This document shows, in pieces, positions 63,941 through 64,000 of a stretch of DNA of 64,000 nucleotides (within the stretch, counting starts at the first letter, position 1; each line of letters starts with the position of its first letter). The position numbers were made by a program, and so were the translations under genes. The notes beneath the pieces are model-generated. The model was not told the origin of the DNA. It did not search any database and worked only from the letters and a program-made list of their open reading frames with translations. Source of the DNA: Octopus sinensis (taxonomy: Eukaryota); assembly GCF_006345805.1 (NCBI RefSeq), contig NC_042999.1, forward strand, positions 43,772,001 through 43,836,000. The letters are read 5' to 3'.

Positions 63941-64000
63941 TAACTGCCTTGCAAATATAAATATCTCTTTGAAAATCAAAGAAAAAGAGGATATCTATAG

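Overview
AT-rich animal genomic DNA, repeat-dense and intergenic or intronic. The SINE families and the (TA)n/(CA)n/(TAGA)n load look like Octopus or another cephalopod; this is recognition, not a database match. I cannot support any intact host protein-coding gene, and most listed ORFs are microsatellite or SINE translations. The window holds about 35 copies of four tRNA-derived SINE groups (my labels A-D) and four copies of a GGATC-ended MITE family, three with exact 8-bp TSDs and all with internal telomere-like repeats. It also holds decayed mariner, rosa-like Tc1/mariner, Chapaev3-like, pogo-like, RTE, HERO-like and R4/Dong-like coding relics, a non-autonomous Helitron, a solo LTR, and several Penelope-like termini. 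The best candidate for a functional system is a set of minimal type I hammerhead-ribozyme motifs in three sequence variants inside those Penelope-like termini: one with a canonical core in a palindrome, and two with altered cores and a different but still paired stem I. Other notable items are apparent self-targeted SINE insertion building tandem arrays, modular head/tail swapping among SINEs, repeated fold-back elements, an in-frame internally deleted HERO-like element, and a local templated insertion. Coordinates with stated TSDs or TIRs were counted; other repeat boundaries are approximate.
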